This document shows positions 9,497-18,928 of a stretch of 46,641 nt of DNA, one piece after another. Location: positions 16,607-63,247 of the forward strand of contig CAYSDH010000009.1 in the NCBI GenBank assembly GCA_964429805.1. The letters are read 5' to 3'. The position numbers and the translations under genes are program-made. A model generated the notes under the pieces. That model saw only the letters and a list, made by a program, of their open reading frames with translations, did not search any database and was not told where the DNA came from. Within the stretch, counting starts at the first letter, position 1, and the number at the start of each line of letters is the position of its first letter. Source of the DNA: an uncultured Flavobacteriales bacterium (lineage in GTDB: Bacteria > Bacteroidota > Bacteroidia > Flavobacteriales_D > JABDKJ01).

Positions 9497-10869
9497 GTCA
9501 GGGGATACATCTCGTACATCAACATTCCGACATAGAAATAGATGAGAAGGCCGATGATGTCATTCATGGTGGTGATAAATGGTCCGGTTGCAAGCGCAGG
9601 ATCAATCTTTAATCGGTCGAGTACCAGTGGAGTAAACGTGCCAAACAATCCGGCAAAGATGATGACCGCAAAAAGCGCAATACTGACCGTATAACTTAGT
9701 GCCATTGAGTCTGAAGTCAGCATGTTAAACACCAATATCAGTCCTGCACAGATTGCTCCATTTACTAGGCCTACGCCAAGCTCTTTGAGTAAGCGACCCG
9801 CCATGGTGGCCATTTGTATACTCTGATTAGCCAGCCCTTGCACCACGATGGCCGAAGACTGTACACCAACATTACCACCCATGGCCGCGATAAGCGGAAT
9901 GAAAAAGGCCATTTTAGGATCAACGGTTAGTTGATGTTCATACTGTGCGATCACCATGGCCACCAAGACACCACCAACTAGACCTATAAGAAGCCAGGGC
10001 AAGCGGGCTCTGGTGAGCAGCCATACGCTGTCATCAGATTCCACTTTTTCCGTGATACCAGAAGCCATGGCATAATCTTTTTCTGCTTCTTCTTGCATGA
10101 CATCTACCACATCATCAATGGTGATGCGACCCAGCAGTTTGTTGGCCTCATCAACTACAGGAATGACCACTAAGTCATATTTTTTCATGATGCTTACCAC
10201 TTCTTCGTCAGAAGTGCCGGGGGTCACGGTTTCAAGAGGAGCATCATTATAGAGATCTGCAATCATGTTTTGCATCGAGCTTGCAGAGAAAAAGAGTCGT
10301 TTAAAAGAGAGTGCTCCTTTGAGGGTGTCATCATCTCCAACTACATAAACGGTGTATACATCTTCCACTTCCTCTCCTTGCTTTCGCATGGATTTGACAG
10401 CTGTGTTGACCGTCCAATTGACGTTGACCTTCACCAACTCTGTACCCATTAGGGCTCCAGCGGTACCTTCTTCAAATTGGAGAAGTTGTACGATGTCTTC
10501 TGCGTGCTCTTTGTCTTCCAACTGAGCAATGACCTGTTCTTGCTTTCGCTCAGGCAGGTCGGCTAAGAGGTCTACAGCATCATCTGTCTCGAGAAGATCT
10601 ACCTGCTCGGCTATTTCTTTAGGCGAAAGCGCGGCAAGAAAGCGCTCGCGCACATCTTCTTCTAATTCTGCCAGCACATCAGCTTGCTTCTCTTCATGGA
10701 GACCACGGTAGATGGTCTTGGCCTCTTCCATGTTTACGATGTCGAGAATCTCGGCAATATCAGCAGGGTGCAATGACGAGACACGATCATTTAAAAATCG
10801 CGAATCGCGACTCAGCAGCGCCTGACGCACTTCGATGATAAACTCCTTATTGATTTCGCTCTCAGCCAT
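9493..10869 (-). CDS. mgtE: Magnesium transporter MgtE
   Basis: LHPADIAEIL N-domain, CBS pair (TAGALM, LLGRITIDDVVD), RLPWL, MGGNVGVQ, DPALATGPFITTMND. Confidence 0.96.
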   Translation of the reverse strand: MAESEINKEFIIEVRQALLSRDSRFLNDRVSSLHPADIAEILDIVNMEEAKTIYRGLHEEKQADVLAELEEDVRERFLAALSPKEIAEQVDLLETDDAVDLLADLPERKQEQVIAQLEDKEHAEDIVQLLQFEEGTAGALMGTELVKVNVNWTVNTAVKSMRKQGEEVEDVYTVYVVGDDDTLKGALSFKRLFFSASSMQNMIADLYNDAPLETVTPGTSDEEVVSIMKKYDLVVIPVVDEANKLLGRITIDDVVDVMQEEAEKDYAMASGITEKVESDDSVWLLTRARLPWLLIGLVGGVLVAMVIAQYEHQLTVDPKMAFFIPLIAAMGGNVGVQSSAIVVQGLANQSIQMATMAGRLLKELGVGLVNGAICAGLILVFNMLTSDSMALSYTVSIALFAVIIFAGLFGTFTPLVLDRLKIDPALATGPFITTMNDIIGLLIYFYVGMLMYEMYPLT

Positions 10870-10876
10870 CTGGCCG

Positions 10877-10884
10877 CGAAGGTA
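10877..10884 (-). promoter_or_regulatory. -7 promoter element variant (TACCTTCG) for mgtE
   Basis: TAnnTTCG ends 7 nt before the ATG; the same octamer recurs upstream of prfB, manC, the thioredoxin gene and the MORN gene. Confidence 0.55.
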
Positions 10885-10975
10885 CTTATTCGAGTAAGAG
10901 TCTGGAACACACTCTTCAGAGTATATATCTACTGGTGAAGGCTCTCGTCTCTTAGTTCACTAGTAAAAAGTAAAA

Positions 10976-11006
10976 TAAAAAAGGCTGCTCCACATGGAGC
11001 AGCCTT
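10976..11006 (-). terminator. Rho-independent terminator after ssb
   Basis: Perfect stem aaggctgctcc-acat-ggagcagcctt with an A run on the left. Confidence 0.85.
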
Positions 11007-11028
11007 GCCTTGTATATCCTGTTTTTAA

Positions 11029-11370
11029 TCAGGCTTTCTTCTTACCGAGCATGAGCAGGTCATTGACAATCACCTCTGTGATGTATCGCTTTTCACCTTC
11101 TTTGGTTTCAAAAGATCTGTTGCTCAACTTACCTTCGATGGCTACTTCAGATCCTTTCTCCAAATACGACTCCATGATCTCGGCCGTTTTTCCAAATGCC
11201 ACGCAATTGTGCCATGTCGTTTCTTCTACTTTTTCACCTGCCTTATTCGTGTATCGCTCATTCGTGGCGATAGAGATTTTAGCCTTCTTGTTTCCGTTAT
11301 CAAAAGTGAATATCTCAGGCTTGTCTCCTAGGTTACCGATCAACTGTACTTTGTTCTTAAGCGCATTCAT
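11029..11370 (-). CDS. ssb: Single-stranded DNA-binding protein, short form lacking the acidic C-terminal tail
   Basis: NKVQLIGNLG, SIATNE, TTWHNCVAFGK, KGSEVAIEGKL, RYITEV; ends LLMLGKKKA at 113 aa. Confidence 0.93.
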   Translation of the reverse strand: MNALKNKVQLIGNLGDKPEIFTFDNGNKKAKISIATNERYTNKAGEKVEETTWHNCVAFGKTAEIMESYLEKGSEVAIEGKLSNRSFETKEGEKRYITEVIVNDLLMLGKKKA

Positions 11371-11490
11371 AATGTAATGTATTTATATGATTTAAATTTT
11401 CGATTATGTACTTGTCAGAGCTTCATTGCAACTGACGATGCAAATGTGCGGTGAGTGGTCCGCCCTAGTCGGTTGATAAGCAATTAATAG

Positions 11491-11530
11491 ACGCTTAATG
11501 TCGTTTGTAAACGTTTGTTGTCGTTTTTTA
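11491..11530. promoter_or_regulatory. 10-bp-phased CGYTT repeat array upstream of ssb
   Basis: acgcttaatg|tcgtttgtaa|acgtttgttg|tcgtttttta: CGYTT starts at 11492, 11502, 11512 and 11522. The regulatory role is inferred. Confidence 0.5.
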
Positions 11531-11656
11531 TATTGATAATGTGATGTTTACGAATTCTTGACGAAAAGCCAAAAATGCAGCCATTTTTAACTGAGGATAC
11601 AATATAGACTTCAAAATACCTTCGACAGGCGCTTACCGAAACGCGATATTCGCAGC

Positions 11657-12265
11657 ATGATAGAAAAAGGCACAGCCATAAAAAAAGCCCTTGAGTCATC
11701 CATGACTTGGGAGAAATATCTCACGCTAATCACCGACTTACATCTTGAAGAAAAGGCCACTTCGTTTCAAGACAATGAGGAATTTTATAAGTACTCCGTG
11801 CTCGGACTGAGTAGAATGAAGAGAGTATTTAAGAAAATCGATTTGACCGAATCACTCATTCAAAAAGTAAAGTCAATTGATACGCCACAGACATGGATGC
11901 TCATCACAGAAAGTTGGTGTGGCGATGCCTCTCAAACGGTGCCCATCATTGCACGATTGGCTGAAGAAAATGAACACATTCACTTGCACATTGTCTTACG
12001 CGATTCTCATCCTGAGTTGATGGAGCACTTCTTGACCAATGGCGGAAAGTCCATTCCCATACTCGGTATTCTTGATGCGCAGAATGAAGAAATAGGTCGC
12101 TGGGGACCGAGGCCTTCAGTAGCTCAAAAAATGCTCATGGATTACAAAGCGATTCCAGAAATAGAGCGACCACCGTATGGAGACTTCTCCTTGTCCTTGC
12201 AAAAATGGTACAATGCAGACAAAGGCCTGAGCACCATGTCAGAACTAGAGGCCCAGATTCCTTAA
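11657..12265 (+). CDS. Thioredoxin-like protein (Thioredoxin_9 type, single-Cys WCGDA)
   Basis: ITESWCGDASQ, LRD, FLTNGGKSIP, WGPRP, LQKWYNADKG. Confidence 0.85.
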   Translation: MIEKGTAIKKALESSMTWEKYLTLITDLHLEEKATSFQDNEEFYKYSVLGLSRMKRVFKKIDLTESLIQKVKSIDTPQTWMLITESWCGDASQTVPIIARLAEENEHIHLHIVLRDSHPELMEHFLTNGGKSIPILGILDAQNEEIGRWGPRPSVAQKMLMDYKAIPEIERPPYGDFSLSLQKWYNADKGLSTMSELEAQIP

Positions 12266-12332
12266 GTCATCTGACATTCAGAAAAATCAAATTTCTTACA
12301 TTTTGACCAGCGAACATTCTTAACCAAAAGCC

Positions 12333-12665
12333 ATGAAATCAAACTGGACTCAAATTCTTGTATTCACCATTCTTGCCTTAGTGCTCGGCTTCATACTCGG
12401 ACGAGTGACAGTAAAGCCCGCGCACAAGCGCATGGAAAAACGCATGATGATGAAACACTTGGATGGGAAACATCATGACATGGAGTGGAATGAGACACAC
12501 AGTAAGGGGAAGGTTTTTAAAGGCGAAGACAAGGTAAAAGTTGTGGTCGAAAGCCTGGAGGATTCAGACTTTGAGGGAGACACCACTGTGACCATTCCAG
12601 GAGGTGAAATACGAATCTCTCGCACAGCCGGAGAGATGGAAGTGCAAGTAGAGGTGGAAGAGTAG
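12333..12665 (+). CDS. Small membrane-anchored hypothetical protein with His/Met-rich segment
   Basis: One N-terminal hydrophobic helix, then HKRMEKRMMMKHLDGKHHDMEW; A-rich leader. Confidence 0.7.
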   Translation: MKSNWTQILVFTILALVLGFILGRVTVKPAHKRMEKRMMMKHLDGKHHDMEWNETHSKGKVFKGEDKVKVVVESLEDSDFEGDTTVTIPGGEIRISRTAGEMEVQVEVEE

Positions 12666-12772
12666 CCGAAGAATAGAACTCAACATTTCAACCATCTCAT
12701 CTTAAAAGGGGCTCGTCATCGCCCCGCGTGTGGCAATAGAGCTGCGTACCTTCGGTAGATATTTCAGAAGAA

Positions 12773-15700
12773 ATGTCAATGAAGCACTGTATCACACTGC
12801 TTACCATACTATTCATCTCGCACTGCTCATTTAGCCAAGACCAGGTCGAACTATACTACCTCAATGGACAGGTAAAAAAAGAGGGCGCACTGTCCTCTGG
12901 ATTACCAGATGGCATATGGAGAGAGTACCGAGAAGACGGAAGCCTGATTAAAGAGAGTAAATACGACTCGGGCACGCTGCTCGAAGAAACGTGGTATGAC
13001 TCAAGAAGGATTAAACAACGCAGCATCATGCACAACGCTGATGACTCAAAGGTGTACCGTCAGTTTACCAAAAACGGCATGCTCAGAGCCATGGCTGATA
13101 TTAATCCAGACCTCATCACAGACAGCGCTTATGTGAACTCACTTGACCGCGGGTTTGTCACCAATCTCTGCAACGATCAGGGGTCGTTTGTCAGCAATGC
13201 CTATTACCATCCGCATGGTAACTCTAGGGCATTTCCCTCACATACTTTTCACAACAGGAGCAAACTGCAAAACGTGACCTGCGGCAGCAATAGTATCTCG
13301 TGGCATCGCTACAGTGGTCTCGCAAAAATTGAAGGGTATTATGATTCTACTGACGAGTTTCATTTACTGGAGTGGCCAGAGCGTGGGCTTCCAGATGACC
13401 CTTTGGCCAAACAGTTTGACAAGAACTCGGTACAGAGTAAACTCAAAAGTTACTTCATCAATGGTTTGCCTTATGGCAACTGGCTAAACTACTACCCTAC
13501 TGGTCAGCTCTGGTACTCCATCACTTACAAAGACGGTTTGCCAGATGGCATGGTCCAAACGTATTACCACAAAGGACAACAAATGCTTGAAGCCAGGTTC
13601 TCAAATGGCCGACTAGTAGGCACCTGCACAGAGTGGTATGCGCATGGTCAAATGCGCTATACGGGAGAGTATGACAACGGTCAGCGCATTGGCGTTTGGA
13701 CATATTGGACAGCAGACGGCAAGCCTTCTGAAATCATCGAGTTTGATAAAAAAGGGCAACTGATAGGTCGCGAAACGTATCATGACAATGGCATGATGAG
13801 CAGCAGAACAAACAACTGCAGCACTGGAAAATGCACCTCTTTGAGTAGATGGAATGAAGCAGGCACACTGACCTATAGAAGGGCGGCAGATCAAGTCGAA
13901 AAATATAGCGATGCTGGCTTGCCCACATACTTTCAAGGTCCGGCTACACCCACCATCACATTTCACGACAATGGTAAGCCAAAAGTGATTGACGGAAAGC
14001 ACCAGGGACAAGGACTCACCATGACATATAACAATGCGGGTCAGGCGGTAAAAGCAGCCTATTCATATAGCCCAACCGATAGCATTATATATCGCTATAC
14101 CAGCGAGGGAGTAGTAGTGGAAGACGCGGTGACAGATAAGTCTATTCAAACAAAGACGCTGACTTCGATGCTCAAGAATCCGAAAAAGGTAGCGCTCAAT
14201 CTGGAGGAGAAAACAGAAAGTGGTCTGCGCAACGGGAACTGGACGCTGTACTATCCGGCAGGAAAAAAATGGTCTGACGTAACGTTTAACAAAGGCTTGC
14301 AAAATGGACAATCTCAAACATGGTCCATTAGCGGTGAGACGCTGTACAAAGGTGGTTTTGAAAACGGACTACCCACGGGTCGTCATGAACGCAAGTCGGC
14401 AAACGGACAACTAATCAGTCAGTGTGAGTATGCTAGCGGGTTGAAAAATGGATCGAGTAAAGCATGGTCGTCTAGCGGAACGCTTATCGAAGAGTTGGCG
14501 TATAAAAACGGCCTTCTATCAGGACCCGTTAAGCGTTATAACAATCAAGGCTTGGCCACCGAGAATGCCACATATAAAGCAAGTCTATTGCATGGTCGAG
14601 CCACTACGCTCAACGAAGCTGGACAGTCCATAGGCTATGTGACCTATGAGAATGGTACACGCTCAGGCGAGGCCGAGTTAACCCTCTCTGATGGCGGTAT
14701 GGCACGCGGAAATTATGTAGGCGGATATCAACAAGGAAACTGGACTTACTCAAGCAAAGGAAAGACTGAAAAAGTCTACTTCGTGCAAGGCAGAGAGCAG
14801 GTTGAAGCCGACCCGCAACAGTGTGTGTTCAGCCTTGATAATCCGCTCGTCTCATCACTTGACGCCAAAGACAGGGTGCAAGACGCGGTAGATTTTTCAG
14901 AAATGACCGACTGGACAAATTCGAAACTTGAGGTCAACGAGTCGAGTTTTAAAAAGCTCTACTTCGAGAATTTACAAAAGGTTGAAAATGGCACGAGCAT
15001 GGACATTGTCACTACTGAAAAACTAGTACTGCGCTCAGGAGATTTTCCAGGTTTTGGTTTTGACCTCACGCCTCTTCAGCTCAGAGGAGAGTACTCTAAA
15101 ATACCGATGACTCTCAAACGAGTAGATTACTTTCTGAGAGACTTTCCGCGATTTAAAGATGGGTTTGGCGGTCAGACCATGGACTATTTTCATTTGGGTC
15201 TGGATCATTATAACATGGACGAAGTGTCTATGATGGATATGACACGCGACCTCTTGATGGATGAGCGCGCGCTTGACAGAGACTCGACATATTCCATCAT
15301 TTATGAGGCGTTGATTGCTGACAAGGTAATCCAAGCTGCCCCGACTGACGGTAATAATCAACTCTTGTCTGATGTCTTGATGGACAATGCTGATGCCTGC
15401 CGCGAGTCGCTCTTTAAGCTCATTTTTGGAAGTAGCACAGTAAACATAGACGAAGCTCAAACCAAGTCAACACTCAATGCCTTTTTCTCTCCGCTGTCTG
15501 GCGAAGGGTATACATCTCAAATGGATAAGCGCATTGGGCAGTTTACAGCTGACCTTCGCCCTACTTCATTTGCGCTGGAAATGCCTGCCGCCATGATTTC
15601 AAAATCTCAAGCCGAGCCTGACAAAGGTGCGCGACTTATGATGAAGGTAAACTTGCTGAGGTTTAATACTCAGACGGGGATGAGCATCATCAGTGCTTCC

Positions 15701-16105
15701 GACTTTTGCTTTGCAGAAGGTCAAGTGGGCGGGTCTGCTTTTTCTGTTGATATAGACATGCCTGAGGTAGTCATGAGGCCGCGTAAGTTGAGAGAACTTA
15801 TTCCTAATACGCAAGACTATTACTTCTACGCAGAAAACCTAGGCTTAGAGTTTAGCGGGGTCTTCGCGGCTGAGGCCATGGGGCAGTTTAGTTGCGAAAA
15901 CGGAGAGAAGATTTTCTTAGAATATGCCAACATAGGCGTGACAGAAAAGTACTTCGCTGGCCGACTAACAATCAACATTCCTGACGAGCATCGTCATGAG
16001 ATATTCCGAAAACTGGAAGATGCATTCACCTACCACGAGATCATCTCAGAGTGGGGCACCGTGCTTGAAATCTACTTCATGAGGTTAAAGCCCAAGACGC
16101 CTTAG
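12773..16105 (+). CDS. Large secreted MORN-variant repeat (YwqK-like) protein
   Basis: Signal peptide; many YYxNGQ/xxGxxxGxWxxY repeats over the first ~670 aa; ~430-aa C-terminal region I cannot assign. Confidence 0.8.
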   Translation: MSMKHCITLLTILFISHCSFSQDQVELYYLNGQVKKEGALSSGLPDGIWREYREDGSLIKESKYDSGTLLEETWYDSRRIKQRSIMHNADDSKVYRQFTKNGMLRAMADINPDLITDSAYVNSLDRGFVTNLCNDQGSFVSNAYYHPHGNSRAFPSHTFHNRSKLQNVTCGSNSISWHRYSGLAKIEGYYDSTDEFHLLEWPERGLPDDPLAKQFDKNSVQSKLKSYFINGLPYGNWLNYYPTGQLWYSITYKDGLPDGMVQTYYHKGQQMLEARFSNGRLVGTCTEWYAHGQMRYTGEYDNGQRIGVWTYWTADGKPSEIIEFDKKGQLIGRETYHDNGMMSSRTNNCSTGKCTSLSRWNEAGTLTYRRAADQVEKYSDAGLPTYFQGPATPTITFHDNGKPKVIDGKHQGQGLTMTYNNAGQAVKAAYSYSPTDSIIYRYTSEGVVVEDAVTDKSIQTKTLTSMLKNPKKVALNLEEKTESGLRNGNWTLYYPAGKKWSDVTFNKGLQNGQSQTWSISGETLYKGGFENGLPTGRHERKSANGQLISQCEYASGLKNGSSKAWSSSGTLIEELAYKNGLLSGPVKRYNNQGLATENATYKASLLHGRATTLNEAGQSIGYVTYENGTRSGEAELTLSDGGMARGNYVGGYQQGNWTYSSKGKTEKVYFVQGREQVEADPQQCVFSLDNPLVSSLDAKDRVQDAVDFSEMTDWTNSKLEVNESSFKKLYFENLQKVENGTSMDIVTTEKLVLRSGDFPGFGFDLTPLQLRGEYSKIPMTLKRVDYFLRDFPRFKDGFGGQTMDYFHLGLDHYNMDEVSMMDMTRDLLMDERALDRDSTYSIIYEALIADKVIQAAPTDGNNQLLSDVLMDNADACRESLFKLIFGSSTVNIDEAQTKSTLNAFFSPLSGEGYTSQMDKRIGQFTADLRPTSFALEMPAAMISKSQAEPDKGARLMMKVNLLRFNTQTGMSIISASDFCFAEGQVGGSAFSVDIDMPEVVMRPRKLRELIPNTQDYYFYAENLGLEFSGVFAAEAMGQFSCENGEKIFLEYANIGVTEKYFAGRLTINIPDEHRHEIFRKLEDAFTYHEIISEWGTVLEIYFMRLKPKTP

Positions 16106-16171
16106 GGCTTTTCATTGCAGAAGGTTTTTTAATGAGATTCTTGTGTCAAGGAAAACAAGTGCGCAGTCGCT

Positions 16172-17260
16172 TTATACTTGCTCTTTCGGGCCGTGATTTT
16201 TTAGGTCATTGACAAAGGTTTTAATCATTTGCTCATCATCTTTTCGGCAAATGAGGAGTGCTTTTTCCGTCTGCACTACGATGTGTCCTTCCAGTCCTTG
16301 TATGACTGCAAAGTGATCTTCTGGTGCGATAACCACATTGTTTTTAGCCTCATAGTAACGGACATTCTCTCTGGGGTTTGAGTTGCCGTCAGCATCAGCC
16401 TCTAAGTGCGTGGCTAGCGAGCCGTAGGTACCCAAATCTGACCAGCCAAAATCTGAGAGAACTACCGACACTTGCTTGGCCGGTTCCATAATGCCGTAGT
16501 CTATTGAGATGTTGTCACAGTCACCAAATCGCTCGTCAATAAATGCTTGCTCCTCAGGTGAGTTAAACTTGTCTGCTCCTGCTGCAAACAACTCTGCCAT
16601 GTCTGGCAAGTGCTCTTCAAAGTTTCGCTTGATGTTGCGCAGGCTCCAGATAAAGATGCCTGAATTCCAGTAATAATTTCCTGCGCTTAAAAATTCTTTG
16701 GCCTTGTCAAGAGCTGGTTTTTCTGTGAACTGAAGCACGTTTTTTACACGCGTATCATCGGCCTTCTTGTCTTCAAAACAGATGTATCCATAACCCGTAT
16801 CTGGTCGGCTGGGTTTGATGCCCAGCGTGACTAGTGCATCGGTCTCGTTTGTTTCCTTGATGGCCAAGTTGATGATTTCGTTAAACTGAGCCACATCGAG
16901 TATCAGGTGATCAGAAGGTGCCACTACGATGTTTGCTTCAGGGTTGAGCCCAGCAATCTTATATGTCGCATAGGCGATGCATGGCGCAGTGTTTCTCATC
17001 ATGGGTTCGAGCAGCACTTGAGACTCACTGAGCTCTGGAATATGTTCTAGGACCAGGTCTTTGTATGCCTTGTTGGTCACCACAAAGACATTCTCCACCG
17101 GACAGATGTCCGAAAATCGTTCAAATGTTTGACGGATTAGACTCTTACCAGTGCCTAGTATATCCAGAAACTGTTTGGGCATGGATGTTCTGCTCATGGG
17201 CCAGAATCTCGATCCGATTCCACCCGCCATTATCACGCAGTAATTGTTTTTGTCAGCCAT
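16172..17260 (-). CDS. manC: Mannose-1-phosphate guanylyltransferase
   Basis: VIMAGGIGSRFWPMSR, PKQFL, RNTAPCI, PSDH, PDTGYGYI, FTEKP, WNSGIF, SIDYGIME, WSDLG; no PMI cupin tail. TACCTTCG at 17282-17289 (-). Confidence 0.93.
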   Translation of the reverse strand: MADKNNYCVIMAGGIGSRFWPMSRTSMPKQFLDILGTGKSLIRQTFERFSDICPVENVFVVTNKAYKDLVLEHIPELSESQVLLEPMMRNTAPCIAYATYKIAGLNPEANIVVAPSDHLILDVAQFNEIINLAIKETNETDALVTLGIKPSRPDTGYGYICFEDKKADDTRVKNVLQFTEKPALDKAKEFLSAGNYYWNSGIFIWSLRNIKRNFEEHLPDMAELFAAGADKFNSPEEQAFIDERFGDCDNISIDYGIMEPAKQVSVVLSDFGWSDLGTYGSLATHLEADADGNSNPRENVRYYEAKNNVVIAPEDHFAVIQGLEGHIVVQTEKALLICRKDDEQMIKTFVNDLKNHGPKEQV

Positions 17261-17290
17261 TGGTTATTGTGCTACAGCAGGCGAAGGTAA

Positions 17291-17914
17291 TCATACCGCC
17301 TCTGTCCTCATTTCTATTTCAGCATGACCATGTATGAGGTAGGTTTTGCCATTAGACATGTCAATGCACTCAAACCTCTTTCTCAGCTTTTTGCCTTTGA
17401 TAAACATTCTGCCCCCTTTCAGTATAAAAGGCTCACCCTGATCCACCTCATCGACATAGCTCTTTTTCTGGGCGTCAAAACTAGAGAGCAGTTTGTATAG
17501 CTCTGGGTCTGAGCAAGTGCTGGCCGCTGCAGACTGCAGGTGCGACCTGAGTTTCTTTGTCACTTTTGGCGTAAAGATTTGGCCATCTAAAAAGGGCTGC
17601 ATGAGCTCTTTAAATTTCAAGCGCCACTCTTTTCCATGCGGGTCTACGCTTCGACCGTACTCGTTCCAAGTATGCAGATGCGCCAGCTCATGAATCAATG
17701 TCCACAAAAACTGAAACGGATTAAGGTCTCCGTTGATGGAAATCTTGTTAGGACCATTGCCCGTGCCGGGCATAAAATCTCCGAGCTTGGTGAGGCGAGG
17801 CTTGGTAATGCGAAGCTGCACCCTTCCCTCTCGCAAGAGATAGAGCGTGAGCTGAACAGCGCGTTCAGGCAATTTTTTGGTTAATGCTTCTTCTAAAGGG
17901 ACTTTTCTTTTCAT
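17291..17914 (-). CDS. SprT-like zinc metalloprotease domain protein
   Basis: RLTKLGDF, TLIHELAH (HExxH), PHGKEW, ASTCSD. Confidence 0.88.
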   Translation of the reverse strand: MKRKVPLEEALTKKLPERAVQLTLYLLREGRVQLRITKPRLTKLGDFMPGTGNGPNKISINGDLNPFQFLWTLIHELAHLHTWNEYGRSVDPHGKEWRLKFKELMQPFLDGQIFTPKVTKKLRSHLQSAAASTCSDPELYKLLSSFDAQKKSYVDEVDQGEPFILKGGRMFIKGKKLRKRFECIDMSNGKTYLIHGHAEIEMRTEAV

Positions 17915-18084
17915 GGATCACAACGGACATAATCATCGTGGATGACTGGTGAATCAATCTGAGACCACTTCGGACAATTACACTTTCGTTTCTTCTGACG
18001 ATAGGCCTTGCTAGTGCTACAACTTGCCAAAAAAATCAGAACAAGAAAACAGATAGTAGATATGTAAAGAATGTGCCTGCGCAT
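17911..18084 (-). CDS. Small Cys-containing lipoprotein (57 aa)
   Basis: ATG 18084 gives MRRHILYISTICFLVLIFLASC (lipobox LASC), then STSKAYRQKKRKCNCPKWS; TAACTTTG at 18093-18100 (-); stop overlaps the SprT start (ATGA). Confidence 0.6.
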   Translation of the reverse strand: MRRHILYISTICFLVLIFLASCSTSKAYRQKKRKCNCPKWSQIDSPVIHDDYVRCDP

Positions 18085-18184
18085 ATAGATGTCAAAGTTA
18101 GCGAAAGGGTTATTGATAAGTCTAACGTTAAAATAGGATTTATAACATCTGCTTATGGTTAATTTTAGCCACTTCCAGTAAGAC

Positions 18185-18928
18185 GTGTACGGCATTTTAG
18201 AACATATCGGCCTTTACTTCATGCTCATGTACAGAGCATTTACTCGACCCGAGAAGTGGTCGATTATAAAGATGCGCATCATTGACGAAATGGACAAACT
18301 TGGTGTGCGCTCTCTGGGCCTAGTGGCGCTCATGTCGGTCTTTGTTGGTGCGGTAATCACGCTTCAAACGGCCAGTAACATTGACAGTCCGCTTATACCG
18401 CTATACACCGTGGGCTTTGCCACACGTGAGTCAGTTATTTTAGAGTTTAGTCCTACCATGTTGTCACTCATTTTGGCGGGAATAGTGGGGTCAAGCATCG
18501 CGTCAGAATTAGGCAACATGCGTATCAGTGAGCAGATTGATGCACTAGACATCATGGGAATCAACAGTGCCGGATACCTCATTATGCCTAAGGTAGTGGC
18601 GGCATTTATCTTCTTTCCATTCTTGATTATGATTAGCATGGTGCTGGGCATGATTGGAGGATATATCGTCTCTATGGGCACAGGCCTGGTCAGTAGCCAT
18701 GAGTATATATATGGACTGCAGTACGACTTTAAATTCTATCACGTCATCTATGCGTTGGTGAAAACCTTGTTTTTTGCCATCATCATTACTTCTGTATCGG
18801 CCTATCATGGATACACCACACGCGGGGGTTCGCGCGAAGTGGGTATCGCCAGTACCAAAGGGATAATCTATAGTGACGTAGTCATATTGGTGGTCAACTA
18901 TATACTTACTCAATTGATGCTGATATGA
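18185..18928 (+). CDS. mlaE: MlaE-family ABC transporter permease
   Basis: GTG start; LEFSPTM, GSSIASELGNMRISEQIDALDIMGIN, GGSREVG. Confidence 0.88.
   Translation: MYGILEHIGLYFMLMYRAFTRPEKWSIIKMRIIDEMDKLGVRSLGLVALMSVFVGAVITLQTASNIDSPLIPLYTVGFATRESVILEFSPTMLSLILAGIVGSSIASELGNMRISEQIDALDIMGINSAGYLIMPKVVAAFIFFPFLIMISMVLGMIGGYIVSMGTGLVSSHEYIYGLQYDFKFYHVIYALVKTLFFAIIITSVSAYHGYTTRGGSREVGIASTKGIIYSDVVILVVNYILTQLMLI

Noticed and set aside
10870-10975. Possible Mg2+ riboswitch upstream of mgtE (inverted repeat tactggtgaa/ttcactagta)
   Set aside because: A promoter-like octamer sits 7 nt from the ATG, leaving no leader; no M-box-like sequence recognised.
12773-16105. Toxin-antitoxin module (YwqK label)
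   Set aside because: No adjacent toxin; an exported 1110-aa repeat protein does not fit a TA antitoxin.
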